A stretch of 32,000 nucleotides of DNA from Cupriavidus necator (lineage in GTDB: Bacteria > Pseudomonadota > Gammaproteobacteria > Burkholderiales > Burkholderiaceae). Both the position numbers and the translations under genes were made by a program. This document shows, piece by piece, positions 8,779 through 17,585 of the stretch. Location: positions 270,001 through 302,000 of the forward strand of contig NZ_CP066018.1 in NCBI RefSeq assembly GCF_016127575.1, in the 5' to 3' direction. The stretch's first letter is position 1. The number at the start of each line of letters is the position of its first letter. Under the pieces are notes generated by a model that was not told the origin of the DNA, made no database searches, and saw only the letters and a program-made list of their open reading frames with translations.

Positions 8779-9696
8779 ATGTCCGCCCCCCCGAAAGCCA
8801 GCGCCGTGCGCACTTCGTTCAAGACCGTCGCCCTGGTGGGCCGGTACTCCACTGCCGGCATCGAAGGGCCGCTGGAGGAGATCGCCTCTTATATCCTGCG
8901 CAACGGGCAGGACGTGGTGTTCGAGCGCGAAACCTCGCTCGCCACCGGGCTGACCGCCTACCCTGCCCTGTCCGCCGAGGAGATCGGCCGGCAGGCCGAC
9001 GTGGCCGTGGTGCTGGGCGGCGACGGCACGCTGCTGGGCATCGCCCGCCAGCTCGCCGGCTATGACGTGCCATTGATCGGCGTCAACCACGGGCGGCTGG
9101 GCTTCATGACCGACATCGCGCTGGAAGACGCGCACACCGTGCTGCCCGACATGCTCGACGGCCGCTATGAGGCCGAGACCCGCCTGCTGCTGGAATCGCG
9201 CGTGGTGCGCGACGACATGAACATCTTCTCCGCGCTGGCCCTGAACGACGTGGTGGTGAACCGCTCGGGCATCTCCGGCATGGTCGAGCTGGCGGTGTCG
9301 GTGGACGGCCACTTCATGTACAACCAGCGCTCGGACGGCCTGATCGTGTCGACCACCACCGGGTCCACCGCCTACGCGCTGTCCGCCGGCGGCCCGATCC
9401 TGCATCCGACGCTGTCGGGCGTGGTGCTGGTGCCGATTGCCCCGCACGCGCTGTCCAACCGCCCGATCGTGCTGCCGCACGACGCCGAGGTCACCATCGA
9501 GGTGGCCAGCGCGCGCGACGCCAGCGTCAACTTCGACATGCAGTCGCTGACCTCGCTGCTGCCGGGCGACCGCATCGTGGTGCGGCGCTCCGAAAAGACC
9601 ATCAACCTGCTGCACCCGGTCGGCTACAACTACTACGCCACGCTGCGCAAGAAGCTGCACTGGCACGAATACCCGTCCGAGGACAACCGCCTCTGA
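8779..9696 (+). CDS. nadK: NAD(+) kinase
   Basis: C-terminal 305 codons of track ORF 7564-9696. The segments [20 protein letters not shown] and [16 protein letters not shown] are NAD kinase motifs. The upstream 405 codons are antisense to hrcA and are not part of the gene. Alternative ATG at 8755. Confidence 0.9.
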   Translation: MSAPPKASAVRTSFKTVALVGRYSTAGIEGPLEEIASYILRNGQDVVFERETSLATGLTAYPALSAEEIGRQADVAVVLGGDGTLLGIARQLAGYDVPLIGVNHGRLGFMTDIALEDAHTVLPDMLDGRYEAETRLLLESRVVRDDMNIFSALALNDVVVNRSGISGMVELAVSVDGHFMYNQRSDGLIVSTTTGSTAYALSAGGPILHPTLSGVVLVPIAPHALSNRPIVLPHDAEVTIEVASARDASVNFDMQSLTSLLPGDRIVVRRSEKTINLLHPVGYNYYATLRKKLHWHEYPSEDNRL

Positions 9697-9762
9697 GCCA
9701 GTATCAAGCCGCCCTCCAAGCCTGAGCCCGAACCCATCGGACCGACTACCTTCCACGCCACG

Positions 9763-11517
<1,755 letters not shown>

Positions 11518-11571
11518 CGGCCCCGCCCGCCCCGCACGTGCGCCAATCCATACACTGACAGGAGCTTCACC

Positions 11572-12021
11572 ATGACCCGCCAAGCGCAAGCCGGCCTCCG
11601 GCAACGACCGCGCGCATCGCTGCGCGCCGTGCTGGCCATCGCCACCGCCGCATCGGCCGCACTGCTGGCGCTGTCCGCCTGCCAGGCCCAGCCCAAGTCC
11701 TCGGCCCCGCCGCCGGGCAGCATCAGCGATGACCGTTCCCTTGGCGACATCATGGTGCGCTTCAAGCCGCCCGCGGTGAACCTGTCGGAGGACGCCGGCA
11801 AGCTGCTGGCCGGGATCAAGGGCCCGATCCGCTATGTGGTCAAGCGCCCGATGTCCGGCGGCGTCTGGCTGGTCACCGCGATCTCGCCGTCGGCGGATGC
11901 CACCATCGACCAGGCGGTCGAAACCCTGCGCGCCACGCCCCGCATCGAGACCGCCGAGCCCGACCGCGTGCTCAAGCCTAACCGCAACATTCCCACCAGC
12001 CGTGACATGCCGCAGAGCTGA
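11572..12021 (+). CDS. Lipoprotein with a subtilase-propeptide (inhibitor I9-like) domain
   Basis: ATG 11572 is preceded by AGGAG. Signal peptide ends in the lipobox LSAC (Cys37). Residues ~58-140 align by eye with the propeptide of the downstream S8 protease: IMVRFK/IIVRWR, KRPMSGGVWLV/RRAMGGNLQLL, LRATPRIETAEPDRVLKPN/LRQDPRIADAVPDRWLKLH. Confidence 0.75.
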   Translation: MTRQAQAGLRQRPRASLRAVLAIATAASAALLALSACQAQPKSSAPPPGSISDDRSLGDIMVRFKPPAVNLSEDAGKLLAGIKGPIRYVVKRPMSGGVWLVTAISPSADATIDQAVETLRATPRIETAEPDRVLKPNRNIPTSRDMPQS

Positions 12022-12128
12022 GCCCGACTGCAGGACGGTTCTTAAGCCTTCGGTCGCCCTTGCGCAACGACGCTGAATCGTATTCGCTACATAACAAGCC
12101 CCCGCGCGCTACGCCCCAGGAGGTATGC

Positions 12129-13751
12129 ATGCCGCAACCCGCGCAGTCCGACTTCCGTAGCAGCCCCGTGGCCCGCCGCTGGCGGGCCATCGTCATCGCC
12201 GCCGCCGCTGTGTGCGGCGCAATACCGGCCAGCGCGGCACTGGCTGCCGGCGTCCATGCCGCACCCGCCTACACCGGCCAGATCATCGTGCGCTGGCGTG
12301 ACGGCGCCGATGGCACAAGCAAGACGCCCGCAGCCGCGGCGGATGCGCTCAAGCAGCTGAGCGCGCGCACCGGCATTGCCGTCACGGCGCGCCGCGCCAT
12401 GGGCGGCAACCTGCAACTGCTGCAGGTCCCCGACGCACTGGCAGCCGACCCGGAAGGCGCGGCGGCCCGGCTGCGCCAGGACCCGCGCATCGCCGATGCC
12501 GTGCCCGACCGCTGGCTGAAGCTGCACGACACCCTGCCCAACGATTCCGAGTTCATCTCGCGCCAGCCTTACCTGATGGGCACCGGCACGGCGGTGGGCG
12601 GCGTCAACCTGCCGCGCGCGTGGGACCGCAGCCGCGGCAGCAGCGGCGTGGTGATCGCGGTGGTGGACACCGGCATCCTGCCGCACCCCGACCTGGCGGC
12701 GCGCGTGTTGCCTGGCTACGACTTCATCAGCAGCAGCACCATTTCCAATGACGGCGATGGCCGCGACGCCGATGCCACCGATGCCGGCGACAACGTGACA
12801 GCGGGTTTCTCGTGCCCGGGTGGATCGCCGGCCCCGACGACCGAGCCCAACAGTTGGCACGGCACCCGTGTCGCCAGCGTGCTGGGCGCGCTGACCAACA
12901 ACGCGCAGGACATCGCGGGCGTCGACTGGAACGCGCGCATCCTGCCGGTGCGCGTCTCGGGCCGCTGCGGCGCGCTGCTGTCCGATACCGTCGATGCCAT
13001 GCGCTGGGCCGGCGGCTTGTCGGTACCCAACGTGCCGGCCAATCCGACGCCGGCGCGCGTGGTCAATATCAGCCTCGGCGGCGGCACCTGCAGCAGCATT
13101 GAGCAACAGGCCGTCACCGACCTGAACGCGCGCGGCGTGGTGGTGGTGGCCGCCGCCGGCAACGAGCGCGGCGCGGTGGAGGCGCCGGGCGACTGCAGCG
13201 GCGTGATCGCGGTCACGGCGCATGCCAACGACGGCGAGAATGCCAGCTATGCCAATGTCGGCCCGCAGGTCGCGATCAGCGCGCCAGGCGGCGGGTGTGG
13301 CAACTCGCAGGTAGTCAATGGGCAGTGCACGACCGCGCCCTCGGTCATTCGCACCCTGAACAACGATGGCAAGACTGGCCTGGGCAACTATGTGGTGACG
13401 TCATCCGCGGGCACCAGCTTCGCCGCACCGATGGTCTCGGGCGTGGTGGCCATGATGTTCGCGGTCAATGGCTCGCTGACCCCGGCCCAGGTCACCGCGG
13501 CGCTGAAGTCTTCGGCACGCCCGCATCCGTCCGGCACCTATTGCACCACCAATCCGGGCGTCTGCGGCGCCGGCCTGCTCGATGCCGACGGCGCACTGGC
13601 GGCCGCGGCGGGCATGCCACCGGCGCAGGCTGCGCCGGCACCGGCCTCGGGCAACGGTGGTGGCGGTGGCGGCGGCGCCGTTGCGCCCTGGACCGCGGTG
13701 CTGCTGGCGCTGTCCGGCCTGCTGGCCTTCGCGCTGCGGCGCCGCATGTAA
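12129..13751 (+). CDS. S8-family (subtilisin-like) serine protease with N-terminal propeptide and C-terminal GlyGly-CTERM sorting signal
   Basis: ATG 12129 is preceded by CCAGGAGG. Catalytic triad contexts VIAVVDTGI (Asp), WHGTRVASV (His) and AGTSFAAPMVSG (Ser). Has a signal peptide. The C-terminus is GNGGGGGGGAVAPWTAVLLALSGLLAFALRRRM. Confidence 0.9.
   Translation: MPQPAQSDFRSSPVARRWRAIVIAAAAVCGAIPASAALAAGVHAAPAYTGQIIVRWRDGADGTSKTPAAAADALKQLSARTGIAVTARRAMGGNLQLLQVPDALAADPEGAAARLRQDPRIADAVPDRWLKLHDTLPNDSEFISRQPYLMGTGTAVGGVNLPRAWDRSRGSSGVVIAVVDTGILPHPDLAARVLPGYDFISSSTISNDGDGRDADATDAGDNVTAGFSCPGGSPAPTTEPNSWHGTRVASVLGALTNNAQDIAGVDWNARILPVRVSGRCGALLSDTVDAMRWAGGLSVPNVPANPTPARVVNISLGGGTCSSIEQQAVTDLNARGVVVVAAAGNERGAVEAPGDCSGVIAVTAHANDGENASYANVGPQVAISAPGGGCGNSQVVNGQCTTAPSVIRTLNNDGKTGLGNYVVTSSAGTSFAAPMVSGVVAMMFAVNGSLTPAQVTAALKSSARPHPSGTYCTTNPGVCGAGLLDADGALAAAAGMPPAQAAPAPASGNGGGGGGGAVAPWTAVLLALSGLLAFALRRRM
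13650..13748 (+). other. GlyGly-CTERM-type sorting signal (Gly run + TM helix + RRR)
   Basis: Seven consecutive Gly codons at 13656-13676, then the hydrophobic helix AVAPWTAVLLALSGLLAFAL, then RRRM-stop. This is the tripartite layout described for rhombosortase substrates. Confidence 0.7.
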
Positions 13752-13769
13752 GCCCGGCGCCTGGTCGGT

Positions 13770-14408
13770 TCAGGCGTCGTCGCCGCGGGCCGGGCGCCGC
13801 GCCAGCCACCACTCCTGCAAGACCCAGCACAGCAGGCCGGCGACGGCGCCGGCCGCGTGCGCGACGCGCACCACGCCAAAACCCCAGGCCGGATCGAACA
13901 CCACCGGCGCCAGCCACGACTGTTCCACCCAGACCTTGGCCAGCACGCCCAGGCACAGCAGCACGCCGGTGACGCGCGCCAGGCCCGATGCCCGCAACAG
14001 CCCGAGCGCGCCCCACAGGGCCAGCCCGTGCAAGGCGCCTGAGAGCCCGCCATACCATGCAATCGCCGGCACGCGCAGCAGCACCACCTGCACGCCGATG
14101 CCGCAGGCAACCAGCACCAGCAACAGGGTGCGCGCACGCGCCACGCGCGCGGCGATGGCAAGCACGCCGGTGGCGGCCAGCGCGTCGGCCAGCCAGTGGT
14201 GTCCGTCCAGGTGCACCCACATGGCGGTGGCCAGGCGCCACCACTGGCCGTCCAGCCGCACCGCATCGCGCAGGTAGAGGCCGTGCGCATGCCACCACGG
14301 CATGAAGGTGAACCAGGCCGACAGCGCCCACACCAGCGCGATCGCCGCCAGCAGCCCCGGCCACGATGCGCCGGCGGGTGCCGGCGGAACTGCCGCGTCA
14401 GGCCTCAC
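13770..14408 (-). CDS. rrtA: Rhombosortase (rhomboid-family intramembrane serine protease)
   Basis: Rhomboid motifs: WWRLATAMWVHLDGHHW (WR loop and TM2 His), GGLSGALHG (GxSG catalytic Ser) and a later VAHAAGAVAG (catalytic His). About six TM segments. Convergent with, and 18 nt from, the GlyGly-CTERM protease. Start set at GTG 14408. The in-frame ATG at 14480 is disfavoured because the intervening codons include AGA, AGG, AGT and TGT and lie inside the glnE reading frame. Confidence 0.75.
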   Translation of the reverse strand: MRPDAAVPPAPAGASWPGLLAAIALVWALSAWFTFMPWWHAHGLYLRDAVRLDGQWWRLATAMWVHLDGHHWLADALAATGVLAIAARVARARTLLLVLVACGIGVQVVLLRVPAIAWYGGLSGALHGLALWGALGLLRASGLARVTGVLLCLGVLAKVWVEQSWLAPVVFDPAWGFGVVRVAHAAGAVAGLLCWVLQEWWLARRPARGDDA

Positions 14409-17391
14409 CGAACACGGCCTGCCACAGCGCGCGCACCTGTCCGGTCTGCTGCGCCACCGACTCGGGCGCGACGCGCGCATGCGCCTGCCCCTCGAGCCGC
14501 AGCTGGTGCTGGCGCGCGCGGAACAGCCGGTAGGCATCGCCCACCGCCAGTGCCAGCGTGGCGTCGATCAGGCCCAGCTCGCCCGCTGCGCGCAGCAGCG
14601 CGATATTGCCCGCGTTGCGCGTCAGCTGCGGGTGCGCCCGGCTGTGCAGCAGCACCAGGTACTGCACCGTGAATTCGATATCGACCATGCCGCCGCGATC
14701 GTGCTTCAGGTCGAACAGGTCGGTCGGGTTGGGATGGCCTTCGGCGACCTTGCGGCGCATCTGCATGATCTCGTCGCGCAGCGCGGCGGCATCGCGGTCC
14801 TGGCACAGCACCTCGCCGCGCAGCGCCTCGAAGCGGTCGCCGATGGCGGCATCGCCGGCGCAGAAGCGCGCGCGCGTCAGCGCCTGGTGTTCCCACACCC
14901 AGGCGGTGTTGTCGCCTTCGCGCAGCTGGTAGCGGCGGAACGCCTCGAAGCTGGTCACCAGCAGGCCGGCCGCGCCGTTGGGGCGCAGCCGAGTGTCGAC
15001 GTCGAACAGCGCACCGGCGGCGGTATGGCTGGTCAGCCAGGTGATCAGCCGGCGCGCATACGCGGAGTAGACGTCAGGCGCACGTTCATGGTCATCGTCG
15101 TACAGGAAGATGATGTCCAGGTCCGAGGCATAGCCCAGTTCCTTGCCGCCCAGCCGGCCGTAGGCGATCACCGCGAAGCGCGGCGTGTCGCGGTGGCGCG
15201 TGGCCAGCTGGCGCCAGACCGTTTCCAGCGTGGCCTCGAGCATGGCATCGGCCAGGTCGGACAGGCGGTCGGCCACCTGCTCCACCGTCAGCATGCCCTG
15301 CAGGTCCTGCAGCAGCACGCGGAAGGTCTCGACATGATGCTCGCGCCGCAGGATGTCCATCTGCTGCTCGATCTGGCCTTCGGCGGCCAGCAGCCGCTCA
15401 TGCAGGCGCTTGCGGAAGGCGGCCCAGTCGGGCGCGCCGGCCAGCGCATCGCTGTCGAGCAGTTCGTCCAGCAGCTGCGGATGCCGCGTCAGGTAGGCCG
15501 CGGCCCAGCGCGAGGCATGCAGCGTCTGCGCGACGCGGTCCATCGCCTGCGGGTATTCGGACAGCAACGACAGGTAGGAGGCGCGGCGGCTGATCGCCTC
15601 GAGGAAGTCGATAAAGCGCGCGATGGTGCTGTCGGCATCTTCCTGGCGCGCGGCCAGGTCGAGCGCGCGGTTCACCAGCTGGTCGAAGCGCGCGCGGCTG
15701 GACTCGGACAGCGCGCGGTAGCGCAGCGACGAGGCGATCGCGCGCAGCCGGTCCAGCAGCCCGGTGCAGTCGGTAAAGCCGGCGGCCTGCAGGCGCTGGC
15801 AGGGCGCGGCGTTATCGCCGCAGGCCGCGTCGTCCTGCTTCTGTTCCGGGTTGTCCTGCGCTTGCGCGGCGTTGTCGTCGAACACAATGCCCGGCCACAG
15901 CGCTTCGCACGGGGCGGCATCGGGATCCGAGAAGGTGGCCTCGAACTGCTGCGCCACCGGCTCCTGCAGCGCCGCCAGGCGCGCCAGCAGTTGCTGCCAG
16001 TCGTCGCAACCCATCATCCGCGCCACCGCCAGCTGTTCGTCGGGCGAAGTCGGCAGGTGGTGGGTCTGGGCGTCGTCGCGGTACTGCAGCCGGTGTTCGA
16101 GCTGGCGCAGGAAGCGGTAGGCATCGCCGAGCTGCCCGGCCTGGCCGGCGGGAAGCAGCCCGCGCTCGACCGCCACCGCCAGCACTTCCAGCGTCGGGCG
16201 CACGCGCAGTGCCGGGTCCTGGCCGCCGCGGATCAGCTGGAACACCTGCGCCATGAACTCGATCTCGCGGATGCCGCCGCGGCCCAGCTTGATATTGAAC
16301 GACCGCTGGTTGACGCCGTGCCCCGCCAGCCCGCCGCTGCGCTTGGCGGCCTCGCTGCGGATCTGCGCGTGCAGCGAGCGGATCGCGGCGATCACGCCGT
16401 AGTCCAGGTAGCGGCGGAACACGAAGGGCGTGGTCAGCCGCGCCAGCAGGCCGGCGGTGCGCTGCGCGTGCGGCGTGTCGAGCGCCGACACCACGCGGCC
16501 CTTGATCCAGGCATAGCGCTCCCACTCGCGCCCCTGCACCACCAGGTATTCCTCCAGCATGCCAAGGCTGCACGCCAGCGGTCCGGCGTCGCCGTTGGGG
16601 CGCAGCCGCATGTCGACGCGGAACACATAGCCGTCGGCGGTCACCTCGGCCAGCAGGTTGATCAGCCGGCGGCCGAGACGGATGAAGTACTCGTGGTTGG
16701 ACAGGCTGCGCGAGCCGCCCTGGGTCTCGCCGTCCTCGTCATAGAGGAAGATCAGGTCGATGTCGGACGAGACATTGAGCTCGCGCCCGCCCAGCTTGCC
16801 CATGCCCACCACCACCAACTCCTGCACCTCGCCGCTTTGGGCGCCGACCGGGCGGCCGAAGGTGGCGGCCAGGTCGTCGCCCAGCATCGCCAGGCCGTGC
16901 TGGATCGCCAGCTCGGCCAGGTCGGTCATGGCGCCGGTGACCTCGCCCAGCGTGGCCAGGCCGCGCAGGTCGCGCTCGATCACCGCGCACATCACTTCGG
17001 CGCGCAGACGGCGCAGGCTGCGCTTGGCGGATTCCTCGGCATCGGCCGAGGGCTCGTGCAGCGCCTGCAGCCGCGCCTGCATCCAGGCGCGCGTCAGCGG
17101 CTGGGCGGCTGCGGCGGCCAGGATGGCCGGCAAATCCGGCCGGGCCTGCACCACGCGGCGCGCGTAGTGCGAATACGCAGCCGAGTACAATACGTGGCCG
17201 CCCGCGTGGCCAGCCTCGTCAGCCGGCTGCAGCGCCTGCGCCGCGGTGATGGCGAAGGCGCCGGCAGCCATGGTGCCGGCGCCCGGCCCCGGCTGCGGGT
17301 CCGCCGGATTGGCCGGATCCGGTGTGGCGCGCGCGCCATGTTGGTCAGCAGCGTCGCCAGCGGCGGAACTCGTCGGTTCAGAGGCAGTCAT
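14398..17391 (-). CDS. glnE: Bifunctional glutamine synthetase adenylyltransferase / adenylyl-removing enzyme
   Basis: 997 aa with two nucleotidyltransferase domains (GKLGGRELNVSSDIDLIFLYD and GRLGGKELGYASDLDIIFLYD). Alternative start at ATG 17271, because the first ~18 codons have atypically many A/T-ending codons. Confidence 0.93.
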   Translation of the reverse strand: MTASEPTSSAAGDAADQHGARATPDPANPADPQPGPGAGTMAAGAFAITAAQALQPADEAGHAGGHVLYSAAYSHYARRVVQARPDLPAILAAAAAQPLTRAWMQARLQALHEPSADAEESAKRSLRRLRAEVMCAVIERDLRGLATLGEVTGAMTDLAELAIQHGLAMLGDDLAATFGRPVGAQSGEVQELVVVGMGKLGGRELNVSSDIDLIFLYDEDGETQGGSRSLSNHEYFIRLGRRLINLLAEVTADGYVFRVDMRLRPNGDAGPLACSLGMLEEYLVVQGREWERYAWIKGRVVSALDTPHAQRTAGLLARLTTPFVFRRYLDYGVIAAIRSLHAQIRSEAAKRSGGLAGHGVNQRSFNIKLGRGGIREIEFMAQVFQLIRGGQDPALRVRPTLEVLAVAVERGLLPAGQAGQLGDAYRFLRQLEHRLQYRDDAQTHHLPTSPDEQLAVARMMGCDDWQQLLARLAALQEPVAQQFEATFSDPDAAPCEALWPGIVFDDNAAQAQDNPEQKQDDAACGDNAAPCQRLQAAGFTDCTGLLDRLRAIASSLRYRALSESSRARFDQLVNRALDLAARQEDADSTIARFIDFLEAISRRASYLSLLSEYPQAMDRVAQTLHASRWAAAYLTRHPQLLDELLDSDALAGAPDWAAFRKRLHERLLAAEGQIEQQMDILRREHHVETFRVLLQDLQGMLTVEQVADRLSDLADAMLEATLETVWRQLATRHRDTPRFAVIAYGRLGGKELGYASDLDIIFLYDDDHERAPDVYSAYARRLITWLTSHTAAGALFDVDTRLRPNGAAGLLVTSFEAFRRYQLREGDNTAWVWEHQALTRARFCAGDAAIGDRFEALRGEVLCQDRDAAALRDEIMQMRRKVAEGHPNPTDLFDLKHDRGGMVDIEFTVQYLVLLHSRAHPQLTRNAGNIALLRAAGELGLIDATLALAVGDAYRLFRARQHQLRLEGQAHARVAPESVAQQTGQVRALWQAVFGEA

Positions 17392-17585
17392 TCCAGTATT
17401 TGAAATGCGAGAAAAGGTGCGGCCCGTGGTTGGTCCCGCGGTTCACCTGCTCGCGTCCTGTTGTCCGCGCAGCGGGCGCGCCATCGTGGCTATTGTCGCT
17501 TTGGGTGCGCGCAGCTTGCGCGTTCTTGTTTCAGCCGGCCGGGCACCAGATTGGAGAGCGGCTAGTATTGTCGGATAATCTGCGC

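Noticed and set aside
9697-9762. LexA (SOS) box expected upstream of recN
   Set aside because: No CTGT-N8-ACAG-type palindrome is present in the 66-nt spacer or in the end of nadK.
13656-13676. GGY codon run as a possible microsatellite or phase-variation tract
   Set aside because: The codons are mixed (GGT/GGC), so it is not a pure repeat. The run is explained as the Gly motif of the GlyGly-CTERM signal.
14302-17403. 1033-aa plus-strand ORF covering the whole of glnE
   Set aside because: It is an antisense shadow of glnE. GlnE on the minus strand shows both nucleotidyltransferase motifs, whereas the plus-strand translation is repetitive A/R/G/Q/L-rich sequence with no motifs.
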